Below, in pieces: positions 36,466 to 47,259 of a stretch of DNA of 64,000 nucleotides. This DNA comes from a virus, in the IMG/VR virus record IMGVR_UViG_3300037502_002391, positions 1-64,000 of that record; one strand, written 5' to 3'. The stretch's first letter is position 1; the number at the start of each line of letters is the position of its first letter. The notes under the pieces were generated by a model that had not been told where the DNA came from, did no database searches, and saw only the letters and a program-made list of their open reading frames with translations. The position numbers and the translations under genes were made by a program.

Positions 36466-37566
36466 TTATTCTTTTATTAATCTAACTGGATAAAAATCAT
36501 CAGATGTTGTAGATATGAAGTTTGAGCCATAAGAAACATTTACTGAATCATATGAAAATGAAACAACATATTTTGTATTATTATTTGATGTGGTATCTGT
36601 GCTTGTCCAAACATTTCCTTTCTTTCCTATTTGTTGAAATGCCCCAGCACTAAAAAACCCAGATCCAACTGCATTATAATTATATTTATTTTCTGCACCA
36701 ACATTAGGTGAATCCCAAGTTGATTTTGATTTTAAAATCCCTCCACTTGTTACTTCACCAAATAAGGTATCGTAGTCTGTTTTTGTTGGAATTCTATATC
36801 CAGTTGGTGCTAAATTCTTTGCACTTGTTATGGCTGCATAATTATATAGATAACCTCTTGTTTGCCAAGATTCACCAAACTCATAAGATGTATATGCTGG
36901 AACTCCTTTATATGATAAAAAGTCAGAAAAATTAGCAATATATTTGATATCACTACCATCCCTAAATTTAGTAACTTTTAGATTTTCTGGTGCCCAATAT
37001 TGTGAACCAACTTTAACTTCACCACAATTTGTAACTCCTGTGATTAAACCATTATCATCAACACCATAACAATTATTATTATACTTTATTCTATCCCAAC
37101 TTGCATCTGTTGACCAATTTATTGTTCCAGCAATACAAGATGTATAACCATTTGGCACTTTATATAATCTATCCCCCAACTTAAATGAATTTCCTCTAGC
37201 ATAAACCAACCAATTTGTTGTACTACCTGTGCACATTTCATCACAATTTGCTGTACCACTTATATTTCTGCCTATAACAAACCTTGTGCAATAAGTAGGT
37301 GAAGTTTCATACCCAACAGGGATTGTAATTTCAAATGACTCATTTGCATTATCTGTAATTTTTATATCATAATTGCCACTAGATAAATTTCCAATAATAT
37401 TACCATTATTAACATTGCCATTCACATAAATTACATAAGGGGGTAATCCACCACTTATATAAAGTGATATAGAACCATCCTTCTTATCCACACCACTTGT
37501 CTTTGTGACATTATACCTAACACTAAATGGAAAAATAGTTATTAGTTCAGTATATGCTATTGCCAT
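36466..37566 (-). CDS. SprB-like + FISUMP (Fib_succ_major) domain protein
   Basis: SGGLPPY...LSSGNY; VKVGSQYWAPENL, GYLYNYAA, APTGYRIPT, YPVRLIKE. Confidence 0.8.
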   Translation of the reverse strand: MAIAYTELITIFPFSVRYNVTKTSGVDKKDGSISLYISGGLPPYVIYVNGNVNNGNIIGNLSSGNYDIKITDNANESFEITIPVGYETSPTYCTRFVIGRNISGTANCDEMCTGSTTNWLVYARGNSFKLGDRLYKVPNGYTSCIAGTINWSTDASWDRIKYNNNCYGVDDNGLITGVTNCGEVKVGSQYWAPENLKVTKFRDGSDIKYIANFSDFLSYKGVPAYTSYEFGESWQTRGYLYNYAAITSAKNLAPTGYRIPTKTDYDTLFGEVTSGGILKSKSTWDSPNVGAENKYNYNAVGSGFFSAGAFQQIGKKGNVWTSTDTTSNNNTKYVVSFSYDSVNVSYGSNFISTTSDDFYPVRLIKE

Positions 37567-37570
37567 ATTT

Positions 37571-38977
37571 TTAACTTAAATTTAATGTTGTTATACACTC
37601 TATACAATCAATAAATGATGATGAAGTATATGAATAAAAATAATTTCCTGTATATGTAATTGGATTCACATTTGTTGGTGGTATATAAGTGTTTGAGAAT
37701 GCCCCCAAATAAGTCCAACAATTATCATCCGCATCTTTTATAACTGAATTCACCACTAATGATGTTTGATAACTTTGTGTTTGTATTATTAATGTTGGAT
37801 TTGAATTTAATCCTATTGGAAGACAACTCTGGAACACATAAACCATATTACTTGATGGAGTTGGTGTTGGAGTTGGTGTTGCTGTTCTTGTAATTGTTGG
37901 TGTTACACTTGATGTTGGAGTTGGTGTTGGAGTTATCAAACAAGTTGAACAATCTGCACTAACTGCTAAAATTTCATCAAGATATATATTAGAACTAGTA
38001 ACTACTGCACTATCACTTGTATATTCAAAACATCTTTGTTCTCCATCTACAACTGCCCTTATAGATTCACCAATATTAATTGGAATACCTGAAAATATTA
38101 AATCTTGATATGCATAGTAATCAACATTTGTTGAACATTCTGTTAAAACCCTTGTTCCTGCAAATGCAAATGTTTTATCCAAAACATTATATGTCACATT
38201 TCCTGATATAATAATATTATTAGTTGGGGTTACAGTTGGTGTTGGTGTTGGTGATGTAGTTGGTGCATTATATGTGTATCCTGATAAATTGAAATTTACA
38301 GCCAAACCACCAGTTGATGATGGGGTTGGGGTTGGGGTTGGGGTTCTTGTTGTGGTTGGTGTTGTAGTTGGAGTGGGTGTTGTAGTTGGTGATAAATCAC
38401 AATTAAATATAGCAGAAAAATCAATTATATTGCAAACACTTGGGCTTGGTGTTGGTGTTGGGCAAGAACCACTAAAAACAATTCCTGTATATAAATCAGG
38501 ATATGATTCTGTATAACATGGTGATTTGCCATATAACAAACATTCACCACCAAGTGTTGAACTTAAACACCATTTGGATTTTTCTGTATTAAAATATATT
38601 GCACCTCCTGTTTCACCTGTATAATAAACATATCCATCATATAAAACATTTGCAATTGAGTAGTTGCCAACATTTGAACCTAAAATGCCATATTGTGTTG
38701 ATGCACAGAAATTTTGAATAGCATCACCTGGAATAGTTTCTGGTTCAAAAGGTATCTGAAATGCTTCAACTAAATCTGGACATTTTTCTTGCTCAATAAA
38801 TAAGGTACCTTCTGAATCATATAAATCCCCAAGTTCATTATATTCCAAAACACTAGCATATCCATTATAGGAATTGCCAATAATATTATAAACTTCACCA
38901 ACATTTGGTATTTTTGATGTTATATCAAATCTAAATTTATTTCCATTAGAACAATCTTCAAATAATATTAAACTCAT
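37571..38977 (-). CDS. Cys-rich structural protein with PT linkers
   Basis: Several TPTPTPS tracts between Cys-containing domains. Confidence 0.75.
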   Translation of the reverse strand: MSLILFEDCSNGNKFRFDITSKIPNVGEVYNIIGNSYNGYASVLEYNELGDLYDSEGTLFIEQEKCPDLVEAFQIPFEPETIPGDAIQNFCASTQYGILGSNVGNYSIANVLYDGYVYYTGETGGAIYFNTEKSKWCLSSTLGGECLLYGKSPCYTESYPDLYTGIVFSGSCPTPTPSPSVCNIIDFSAIFNCDLSPTTTPTPTTTPTTTRTPTPTPTPSSTGGLAVNFNLSGYTYNAPTTSPTPTPTVTPTNNIIISGNVTYNVLDKTFAFAGTRVLTECSTNVDYYAYQDLIFSGIPINIGESIRAVVDGEQRCFEYTSDSAVVTSSNIYLDEILAVSADCSTCLITPTPTPTSSVTPTITRTATPTPTPTPSSNMVYVFQSCLPIGLNSNPTLIIQTQSYQTSLVVNSVIKDADDNCWTYLGAFSNTYIPPTNVNPITYTGNYFYSYTSSSFIDCIECITTLNLS

Positions 38978-38986
38978 TATTAATAA

Positions 38987-39208
38987 TTATAAAACATTTG
39001 TTATACCAGTTATAGTTATATTATTTGCATCAATAACTTTTAAAATATATTGGTTGCTATTATCAAATGGTTTTGGAATATCAAATGAGGTTGTTGTTTC
39101 TGTAATTGTATTTACAAAAATGCAATTGTTCAAATTTGATTGACACAAATAAATATCAAAAGGTGTTTGCCCTGTGATTCCAAGAATATTTACTTTTATA
39201 TTTACCAT
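38987..39208 (-). CDS. Small structural protein (same domain as the repeats of 60873-61424)
   Basis: ITGQTPFDIYLC vs LSGSTPLSIYVA. Confidence 0.7.
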   Translation of the reverse strand: MVNIKVNILGITGQTPFDIYLCQSNLNNCIFVNTITETTTSFDIPKPFDNSNQYILKVIDANNITITGITNVL

Positions 39209-39319
39209 TTATATAATATTGACATTTTATAAATATATCATATATATTTTCTTTAGAATAATATAATATAAATTTTATTTTAATACATATTAACTTTACT
39301 TTTTTAAACAAAAAACATA

Positions 39320-42040
39320 ATGAATATATTAGGTCATGCACCATTCATAGGCATAACAGGTTATGCAAAACACTCCAGATTATTTTTCACAACATTAAAT
39401 AAATATCACAATGTAAAAATAAGGAATAGCACAATTGGTGCAAATTGGTCTGGTTACAACAATGAACCACATAGCAATGAAACATATTTCACAGATGATA
39501 TGGAGGATATGTTAATATTGCAAACATTAACAAATGCTAATGGATCAAAAACAGATTATCCAATTTACAACCACAATGATAATTTTAAGCCAGATGTTCA
39601 CATTATATTGGGTGAGATGAATGATGAATATTTTTATCAAGATTATGATGGGTTTAAAATTGCATATAATGTATGGGAAACAACAAAATATCCCGAAGAT
39701 TTTTTCAATAGATTATTTTATTTTGACCAAGTTTGGGTACCAAGCAAATGGCAACGTGATTGCTTGATTAATCAAGGTTATCCAAGTGCAAAAATATTTG
39801 TTGTGCCAGAAGGTGTTGATGTTGATTTTTTCAAACCCAAAAATGAAATTAAACCAAAGGATAAATTTAGGTTTTTACATTTTGGAAGATGGGATTATAG
39901 AAAATCAACAACAGAAGTTTTAAGAGCATTTTCAGAAACATTTAAAGATGTAAATGATGTTGAATTGATTTGTTCTGTTGAAAACCCATATTCTTTTGAT
40001 GGATTGAATTCAACAATTGAAAGATTTTCACATCATAACATTGATACAACAAAGATAGTTGATGTTGGGTTTGTATCTGATCAGGAATATTTGGAATACC
40101 TTCAAAATGGTGATGTTTTTGTTTCTTGTGCAAGAAGTGAAGGTTGGAATCTACCTTTGATTGAGGCTATGTCTTGTGGAACACCATCCATATATTCAAA
40201 CTGTACTGGTCAATTGGAATTTGCTGAAGGCAAAGGAATTCCTATTGATATTATAGAATATAAACCAGCAAATATTGAAAGAAGTCATTTCCCTGGTGAT
40301 TATGCTGAACCAAATTTTGATGATTTATCAAAAAAAATGCTTGATGTATATAATAATTACCAATATCATAAGCAAAAAGCACTTGATGAATCAAGACAAA
40401 TTCAAGAAAACTTCAACTGGGATTCTATTGCTTTGATTGCTTCCAGCATATTGAACAATATTCAAAAAACATATAAAAATGATTTTGTATTTGTAACAGC
40501 TGGAAACCTTGAATATATGCCAGTCATTGAGCAATTAGTTAAATCACTATTATTATTTAGCAATAGAAAAATAATTGTATATGGTGTTTCTTGTTATGCC
40601 CCATTCAATTATCCAAATATGATAAAAAAAATCATAAACCCAGAGAACATTTCAAAACATGATAAGTGGTATTGGAAACAATATGCTTGTATTGAATCTA
40701 CAAATGAATATTTTGAAAATTTTGTTTGGATTGATGGTGATACAATTGCAAATTACAATATTGATAATGTTTCAAAATATTTTGATAATATTGAAAATTA
40801 CCCCATACCTGATATACATAGACAAGAAGACTTCTTTGGCTCATATAATGGAGTAAGCCAATCATTTAATGAAGAATTATGCAAGAAATACTTGGTAAAA
40901 AAATCAAGACCATTTGCACATATTTGCTTTTATGTTTACAATAAAAAATGTAAATGGTGGTTTGATGAAATTATTGAAATTTATAGAAACAATTTAGATG
41001 AATATGGAAAATTATTCATATGGAATGATGAAGGTATTGATAATTTTTTAAGATGGAAATATAACTTTAAAAAATATTTGCCTTTATCAAACTTTGATAC
41101 ATCAGCATATGATGGTGATTTTGGCAATATGAACTCCACATTAAATGATTTTTTAACATTCTGGAATGAACCTGGGCCAAAAAACTTTAATAGAATATAT
41201 GGCTATCAATACATACCAAAAGATAAATCAGATATAATTTATTTTCACGGAAATAAAGATTGCAACATATCTGAAAGAATGACAACATTCATCAATATGA
41301 TGAAAAATGAATCCTTTTATAATTCTGAATACTTTTACACAAGCATTTATAATATAGAAAATTTTGGAGATATAAAGGATGTTCATGGTGGCACAATACA
41401 AATTGCTGAAAAATATGGTTGGGGTAGAGCTATATACCATGAAATTTACAATCTTGAAGATTATTATCACAATAGAATAAAAAGTATTAAAAGTGGTGAC
41501 ATTGTTGTTGATTTAGGCGCAAATATTGGAGTTTTTAATAGATGGGCATATGCACAAGGTGCATCAAAAGTAATATCTTTTGAGCCAGACAAAAGATATT
41601 ATAAATTATTAAAATTAAATGCTCACCCAAAATCACATCTATTTAATGCTGCTATGTCTAATAAAATTGGTGAAATTCATTTATATGAAAGTAATCATTT
41701 AGGCGGATCAAACATTTTTGTATCCAATACAAATAATGTAACCCATTACCCTGTTAGAACATACAATTTGGATTACTTGTTTGAAACAGGTCTTGTTGAT
41801 AAAATTGATTTCCTAAAAGTTGATATTGAAGGTGCTGAAATATTAGTCTTTGATGGAATATCAGATGATAATTTAAAAAAAATAAACAATATTGCAATGG
41901 AGTACCACCACTCACATTTAGGTTTTGATGAAGATTTAAGGCACAATTTTATTGTAAGATTAAATAATCTTGGATTTAACTCTCACATTTTGTTTTTGGG
42001 TACAAACAATGCATTACAATTAATACACTTTTGGAAATGA
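39320..42040 (+). CDS. GT4 glycosyltransferase + GT-A-type domain + FkbM methyltransferase fusion
   Basis: GRWDYRK and SEGWNLPLIEAM (EX7E); WIDGD (DxD) and FHGNK; VVDLGANIG and LKVDIEGAE. Confidence 0.85.
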   Translation: MNILGHAPFIGITGYAKHSRLFFTTLNKYHNVKIRNSTIGANWSGYNNEPHSNETYFTDDMEDMLILQTLTNANGSKTDYPIYNHNDNFKPDVHIILGEMNDEYFYQDYDGFKIAYNVWETTKYPEDFFNRLFYFDQVWVPSKWQRDCLINQGYPSAKIFVVPEGVDVDFFKPKNEIKPKDKFRFLHFGRWDYRKSTTEVLRAFSETFKDVNDVELICSVENPYSFDGLNSTIERFSHHNIDTTKIVDVGFVSDQEYLEYLQNGDVFVSCARSEGWNLPLIEAMSCGTPSIYSNCTGQLEFAEGKGIPIDIIEYKPANIERSHFPGDYAEPNFDDLSKKMLDVYNNYQYHKQKALDESRQIQENFNWDSIALIASSILNNIQKTYKNDFVFVTAGNLEYMPVIEQLVKSLLLFSNRKIIVYGVSCYAPFNYPNMIKKIINPENISKHDKWYWKQYACIESTNEYFENFVWIDGDTIANYNIDNVSKYFDNIENYPIPDIHRQEDFFGSYNGVSQSFNEELCKKYLVKKSRPFAHICFYVYNKKCKWWFDEIIEIYRNNLDEYGKLFIWNDEGIDNFLRWKYNFKKYLPLSNFDTSAYDGDFGNMNSTLNDFLTFWNEPGPKNFNRIYGYQYIPKDKSDIIYFHGNKDCNISERMTTFINMMKNESFYNSEYFYTSIYNIENFGDIKDVHGGTIQIAEKYGWGRAIYHEIYNLEDYYHNRIKSIKSGDIVVDLGANIGVFNRWAYAQGASKVISFEPDKRYYKLLKLNAHPKSHLFNAAMSNKIGEIHLYESNHLGGSNIFVSNTNNVTHYPVRTYNLDYLFETGLVDKIDFLKVDIEGAEILVFDGISDDNLKKINNIAMEYHHSHLGFDEDLRHNFIVRLNNLGFNSHILFLGTNNALQLIHFWK

Positions 42041-42699
42041 GCAAGTTAAATGAAATTGGTTTAAAATACCAAACAGACAAATCATCAATAATTCATGATT
42101 ATTTAAGGAAATATGAAAAGTATTTACCTTTTAAACAAAGTGATTTTTTAAAAATTTTAGAAATAGGTGTTCTTAATGGATCATCATTAAAAATGTGGAA
42201 AGAATATTTCTATAGTTCATTAGTCATTGGACTTGATATAGATGAAGAATGTAGAAAATATGAAGAAGATAGAATCATAATTGAAATTGGTTCACAAAAT
42301 GATGAACATTTTTTATCTAGGGTGTCTAGCCATTATGGTCTATTTGATTTAATTGTTGATGATGGATCACACATAAATTCAGATGTAATATTTTCTTTTA
42401 AACATTTATTTAATAGCCTAAATAGTGGGGGTGTATATATTGTTGAAGACTCTTTAACATCTTATTCACCTTATTATGGGGGTTCATTTGATGGTGATAA
42501 TACCATCATTAGTTATTTTAAAAAACAAATAGATTTGGTAAATTTCAATGGGGAGTTAAATGAGGTAAATCCAAATGAGAATGCTAGAAAAGATTCTGAA
42601 TTGCTTCAACAATTCATAAAAAATGGAAAAAATGAATTAGGGATTAATATTGAATCAATTAATTTCATCAACTCTGCAATAATAATAACTAAAAGATAA
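42031..42699 (+). CDS. Class I SAM-dependent (sugar O-)methyltransferase
   Basis: TDK..HDY, ILEIGV..GSSLKMW, IVDDGSH, GGVYIVED (MycE-like). Confidence 0.85.
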   Translation: MEMSKLNEIGLKYQTDKSSIIHDYLRKYEKYLPFKQSDFLKILEIGVLNGSSLKMWKEYFYSSLVIGLDIDEECRKYEEDRIIIEIGSQNDEHFLSRVSSHYGLFDLIVDDGSHINSDVIFSFKHLFNSLNSGGVYIVEDSLTSYSPYYGGSFDGDNTIISYFKKQIDLVNFNGELNEVNPNENARKDSELLQQFIKNGKNELGINIESINFINSAIIITKR

Positions 42700-42704
42700 T
42701 TATA

Positions 42705-45431
42705 ATGGCTCACCTTGAACAACAAGATTTTTGCTTAAAAGTTAAGCAAAAATTCCCTAATTTTTTTAAAAATAAAAATGTATTAGATATTGGATCTCTT
42801 GATGTCAATGGTAATAATAAACAATTATTTGAAGATTGTAATTATTTAGGCATTGATGTTGGAGAAGGTAAAAATGTTGATTTTGTTAGTATTGGTCACT
42901 TGTTTGATGGACCAGATAATTATTTTGACACAATCATATCCACAGAAGTTTTTGAACATGATATGTTTTATGAAGATACTATAAAAAATATTATGAGGAT
43001 GTTAAAACCTGGTGGTCTATTTTTATTTACTTGTGCTGCACCTGGGAGACCTGAACATGGTACTAGAAGATGTGGTGAAGAATGTGCGCCACTATTAATT
43101 CAAATTAATGAAAATTGGGCTGACTATTATAAAAATTTAGAAGAAAATGATATTAGAAAAATTCCACAATTTAATGAAACATTTCCTGATTGTTATTTTC
43201 AATATAAAAATACAGATATTGAAATTCCTTGTGATTTATACTTTTATGGTATAAAAGGTGGTGAAAAATATTTGGTAGATAATATAAATGTTCACTATGA
43301 TAAAAATCATTTTAGTGAACACGTATTTGTAATTGATTGTTGGCCAAATAATGAAGCCAAAGAAAATGATTTAATAAATTTAATAAAATTATTAAAAGTT
43401 TTTAATATTGAAATATTACTAACTGGTCATTATCCAATAAAACCAGAAATACAAAAAATGGTGGATTATTTTTTATATGATAAAAAAAATTCACTACTAA
43501 AATATAATGAGTTTATTGATTATTCTGTTGCAAGTGGAAGATTTTCTAATATGAATAATTACATTCTTGAAAATCAAATGGAGTTTCACCATGATTTTGC
43601 AATATGGGAAACAATGCAAAATGCATTCAATTTTTGCAAAGTATTGGAAAAAAAATATATACACTTTTTTGAATATGATAATCTACCAAACATTTATCAA
43701 TATAGGCAATCTTTTTTAGAAAGAATACTAGATTTTGATGCAATAATATATGAATATGATACTATGTCATCAATTGATTCTCACTTAGCACCATATTGTG
43801 CTACTTTTATTTTTTCAATAAAAACAGACATTGCAATAAAAACAATAAATCAAATAAAAACAAAATTTGATTATTTCACAAATAAGCCTTTAGGTTGGCA
43901 ATTAGAAAAGGTTTTTTTAAGTTGTTTAAAAAATGTAACAAATAATATTTTAAAATCTGAATATATTGCAAATAATAATGAGTTAAACACACAAGCAGTT
44001 TGGAATAGAGATGGTGTTGATAGAAATGGTGCAAAATTGCAAATATATTTAGGTGTTGAATTTAATGGTGATTTATATATTCATTTAATATCTGGATTCC
44101 ATGAAGTAAAGGAAGAAAATAATTACTTGATTGAAGTAAATTATGATAATTACAAAAAATTTATACCTTTAAAAAAAGGAAAATTTTTATTAGAAAAGAT
44201 AGGAAAATATAAAAAAGGTGGTAGAGTAAAATCATATTTAGATGGTGTTGAAATTTTCAATGAATATCTAAATGAAGACTTTTATGATTTTTATAAAAAA
44301 AATACACTAACATTTAAAAATGTTCAACAAAATCATCCTCCTAAAAATATAAATATAAATTTCATAGATGGTGCATATGTTCAAATATTAGATGAGTATT
44401 TTTTTGATAGAAATTTTGAAATTAAATTTTTTGATAAAAAAACAAACAATGAAGTGTATGGAACAACAATAAAAAGTAATTGGTTTAGTAAACCAAGTTT
44501 TCAATATTTTGTTGATTGGAGAATTGAAATTAAATCAACTAACTACAACCTTGATTACAATTTAGACTTAAAAGACAAAAAAGTCTTTATTGCTTTTGAA
44601 TCTAAATCATTAGGTGATAATATTGCTTGGATTCCTTATGTTGATTTATTTCAAAAAAAACATAATTGTATAGTTGTTTGTTCAACTTTCTATAATTCAT
44701 TATTTATAAATCAATATCCAAATATTGAGTTTGCTAATCCTGGACAAACAATAAATGATATACATGCACTATATAGAATTGGTTTATTCTATGATGGTGA
44801 AACTTTTGATTCAAAAAAACACCCATCAAATCCAATTAAAGAACCATTAATGAAGATTGCAAGTGATATTCTTGGTTTAGATTTTATTGAAGAGAAACCA
44901 AAATTACCTTTACTATCTAATAAAAAAGTAAAACGAGTTTGCATTGCACCTCACTCAACATCACAATGTAAGTATTGGAATAACCCTACTGGATGGCAAG
45001 AAGTTGTTGACTACTTGAACAATGTTGGTTATGAAGTTAGGCTTTTGTCAAAAGAAGAAGATGGATTTATGGGTAATAAAAACCCTATTGGAGTTGTAAA
45101 GCAACCACCTAGTGATACAATAGAAATATTAAAAACAATTCAAGAATCTGAATTATTTATAGGATTAAGTAGTGGTTTAAGTTGGTTGGCTTGGGCATCT
45201 GGAACACCAACAATTTTAATTTCAGGTTTTACAGATGATTATTTAGAACCAAAAAATGATTTAATTAGAATTATAAACAAAAATGTTTGTAATGGTTGTT
45301 GGCATACTCACAAATTTGATGCTGGTGATTGGAATTGGTGTCCAATGCATAAAGGAACAAGTAGAGAATTTGAATGTACAAAAGAAATAACATCAAAAAT
45401 GGTAATTAATGAAATATTAAAAATTATATAA
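42705..45431 (+). CDS. Methyltransferase + unknown domain + TibC/Aah-like protein O-heptosyltransferase
   Basis: VLDIGSLDVNG, STEVFEHD; C-terminal SKSLGDNIAW, KYWNNPTGW, FIGLSSGLSWLAW, CNGCW...WCP.HKGT.REFECTK.IT (Fe-binding Cys pattern). Confidence 0.85.
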   Translation: MAHLEQQDFCLKVKQKFPNFFKNKNVLDIGSLDVNGNNKQLFEDCNYLGIDVGEGKNVDFVSIGHLFDGPDNYFDTIISTEVFEHDMFYEDTIKNIMRMLKPGGLFLFTCAAPGRPEHGTRRCGEECAPLLIQINENWADYYKNLEENDIRKIPQFNETFPDCYFQYKNTDIEIPCDLYFYGIKGGEKYLVDNINVHYDKNHFSEHVFVIDCWPNNEAKENDLINLIKLLKVFNIEILLTGHYPIKPEIQKMVDYFLYDKKNSLLKYNEFIDYSVASGRFSNMNNYILENQMEFHHDFAIWETMQNAFNFCKVLEKKYIHFFEYDNLPNIYQYRQSFLERILDFDAIIYEYDTMSSIDSHLAPYCATFIFSIKTDIAIKTINQIKTKFDYFTNKPLGWQLEKVFLSCLKNVTNNILKSEYIANNNELNTQAVWNRDGVDRNGAKLQIYLGVEFNGDLYIHLISGFHEVKEENNYLIEVNYDNYKKFIPLKKGKFLLEKIGKYKKGGRVKSYLDGVEIFNEYLNEDFYDFYKKNTLTFKNVQQNHPPKNININFIDGAYVQILDEYFFDRNFEIKFFDKKTNNEVYGTTIKSNWFSKPSFQYFVDWRIEIKSTNYNLDYNLDLKDKKVFIAFESKSLGDNIAWIPYVDLFQKKHNCIVVCSTFYNSLFINQYPNIEFANPGQTINDIHALYRIGLFYDGETFDSKKHPSNPIKEPLMKIASDILGLDFIEEKPKLPLLSNKKVKRVCIAPHSTSQCKYWNNPTGWQEVVDYLNNVGYEVRLLSKEEDGFMGNKNPIGVVKQPPSDTIEILKTIQESELFIGLSSGLSWLAWASGTPTILISGFTDDYLEPKNDLIRIINKNVCNGCWHTHKFDAGDWNWCPMHKGTSREFECTKEITSKMVINEILKII

Positions 45432-46305
45432 TATTTAATATTTCATTAATATTAAAAATTTCTTCAATTGTGGAATATGGACATTCATGTACATTATAAT
45501 CAAATTGATAATCAAAAAGGTATGATCCAATTAATTGGTTTTTAACTTTAGGTTTATTTGCAATTATATTGTTATGCAATTTATAACCAAAAACATTTGG
45601 TGAAGTTCCAATCCAAAAAACAGTTGATTTTAAATTTATTGCAGTTGCAGCATGTTGTAATGATGAATCAATAAGAAAACGTTTTGATGAAATAGGTAAA
45701 ATACCAAATAATTCCATATTTGATAATTTATAATCAATTCTTTCAACACCATTTAATTCATATCCACTTTTTCTTGTAATATGATATATATGATGTGTGT
45801 TTTTATATTTATCCACAATAATTTCTGCAATATCTTGTGGCATATCTCTACACCAAGAGTATATTGATTTTGTTTCTAAATCACCTCCTGATGTTTGTAA
45901 CACAACTATTGGTTTATCTCTAAACCATTTTTTTGTATTTATCTTTTCAGAATAATTTGGATATAATTGTGGTGTTTGGTCTTTATATTCAATATTTAAT
46001 AAATCACACCAATTATTAATTAAATGCTTGTTTTTATGTATATGTCCACTTTGATTATATGGTTCATGCCTAAAAATGAGTGTATCTTTATTTTCTATAA
46101 AATCTTCATAGAAATATGGTGAATTACCTAAAGGATAAACTCTATCAACATATGGATTATTTAAAAAAACTTCTGGATATGAAACAACTAATATAAGTTT
46201 TCTATCTTTATATGTTTCTTTTATTGTTTTTGGTAATGATGTGGCTGCAACATTTTTACCTAAACCACCTTGTATGTGCCAAATTAAATATTTCTCTAAA
46301 TTCAT
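45424..46305 (-). CDS. GT9-like (GT-B) glycosyltransferase
   Basis: GGLGKNVAAT, PEVFLNNPYVD, IDSSLQHAA..., VFWIGTSP. Confidence 0.75.
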   Translation of the reverse strand: MNLEKYLIWHIQGGLGKNVAATSLPKTIKETYKDRKLILVVSYPEVFLNNPYVDRVYPLGNSPYFYEDFIENKDTLIFRHEPYNQSGHIHKNKHLINNWCDLLNIEYKDQTPQLYPNYSEKINTKKWFRDKPIVVLQTSGGDLETKSIYSWCRDMPQDIAEIIVDKYKNTHHIYHITRKSGYELNGVERIDYKLSNMELFGILPISSKRFLIDSSLQHAATAINLKSTVFWIGTSPNVFGYKLHNNIIANKPKVKNQLIGSYLFDYQFDYNVHECPYSTIEEIFNINEILNII

Positions 46306-46343
46306 TTATAAATTTTTTAATTTTTTATTTAAAAATACAAAAT

Positions 46344-47258
46344 TTATAAATAAGAATCAATAGTTATTTTTGTATATTCTTCAGTGCATGAAACATTAAC
46401 AGTTGTATATCCACCCATAGCCAAACCTAAACTTTGAGAACCAGCACCTGCCATACATCTTCTTCCAACTATTAATGCACCACCACTAGCCCATATTGTA
46501 CCATTATATTCTTCTGTACATCTAACAAGATTATACCCTCCTGATACTAATGCTTCATTTTGTGTACCCATACCAATTATACTACATCTTGCATTTATTA
46601 ATGCACCACCATTAGCCCATATTGAACCATCATATTCTTCTGTACAAAATTCAGCACCAACTCCACCAAAAACAACACCTAAATTTTGTGTGCCTGCACC
46701 AGCATGTTCTCGTCTTGCATTTATTAATGCACCACCATTAGCCCAACTTGTACCATTATATTCTTCTGTATTTGCTAATGCTATCCAACCTCCAGAAACA
46801 AGAGCCTCATTTTGTGTACCAAAACCATAAAAAAAACATCTTCCTGTTATTAATGCACCACCAGATGCCCATGTTGACCCATTATATTCTTCAGTAATTG
46901 CCTGATTAGTAAGTCCACCTGCTATAAGACCTAAATTTTGTGTGCCTGCACCTGCTGACATACATCTTACAGTTATTAGTGCACCACCAGATGCCCATGT
47001 TGTACCATTGTATTCTTCTGTGCATTGTAAATTAACTGTGTCAAATCCTCCCATTACTAAACCTTCATTTTGTGTACCAGCACCTGTTAAACCTCTTCTT
47101 TGACATATCATTGCACCTCCTATAGACCAACTTGAATCTAAATAAGAAGCCATAGGTAATCTATTTGTAGTATCAAACCACAAACAAAAAGTGTCTGTAC
47201 ATATTGTTGCAGGTCTATTTGCTACTCCAACTATTTCTGTACTTTGTAGTTTTGCCAT
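46344..47258 (-). CDS. Kelch-type beta-propeller protein C
   Basis: Six TEEYNGxxWAxGGALIxxR repeats; N-terminus MAKLQSTEIVGVANRPATIC. Confidence 0.8.
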   Translation of the reverse strand: MAKLQSTEIVGVANRPATICTDTFCLWFDTTNRLPMASYLDSSWSIGGAMICQRRGLTGAGTQNEGLVMGGFDTVNLQCTEEYNGTTWASGGALITVRCMSAGAGTQNLGLIAGGLTNQAITEEYNGSTWASGGALITGRCFFYGFGTQNEALVSGGWIALANTEEYNGTSWANGGALINARREHAGAGTQNLGVVFGGVGAEFCTEEYDGSIWANGGALINARCSIIGMGTQNEALVSGGYNLVRCTEEYNGTIWASGGALIVGRRCMAGAGSQSLGLAMGGYTTVNVSCTEEYTKITIDSYL

Positions 47259-47259
47259 A

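Noticed and set aside
36466-37566. FISUMP domain as a diversity-generating retroelement target
   Set aside because: No reverse transcriptase and no template repeat differing at adenines were seen in this window
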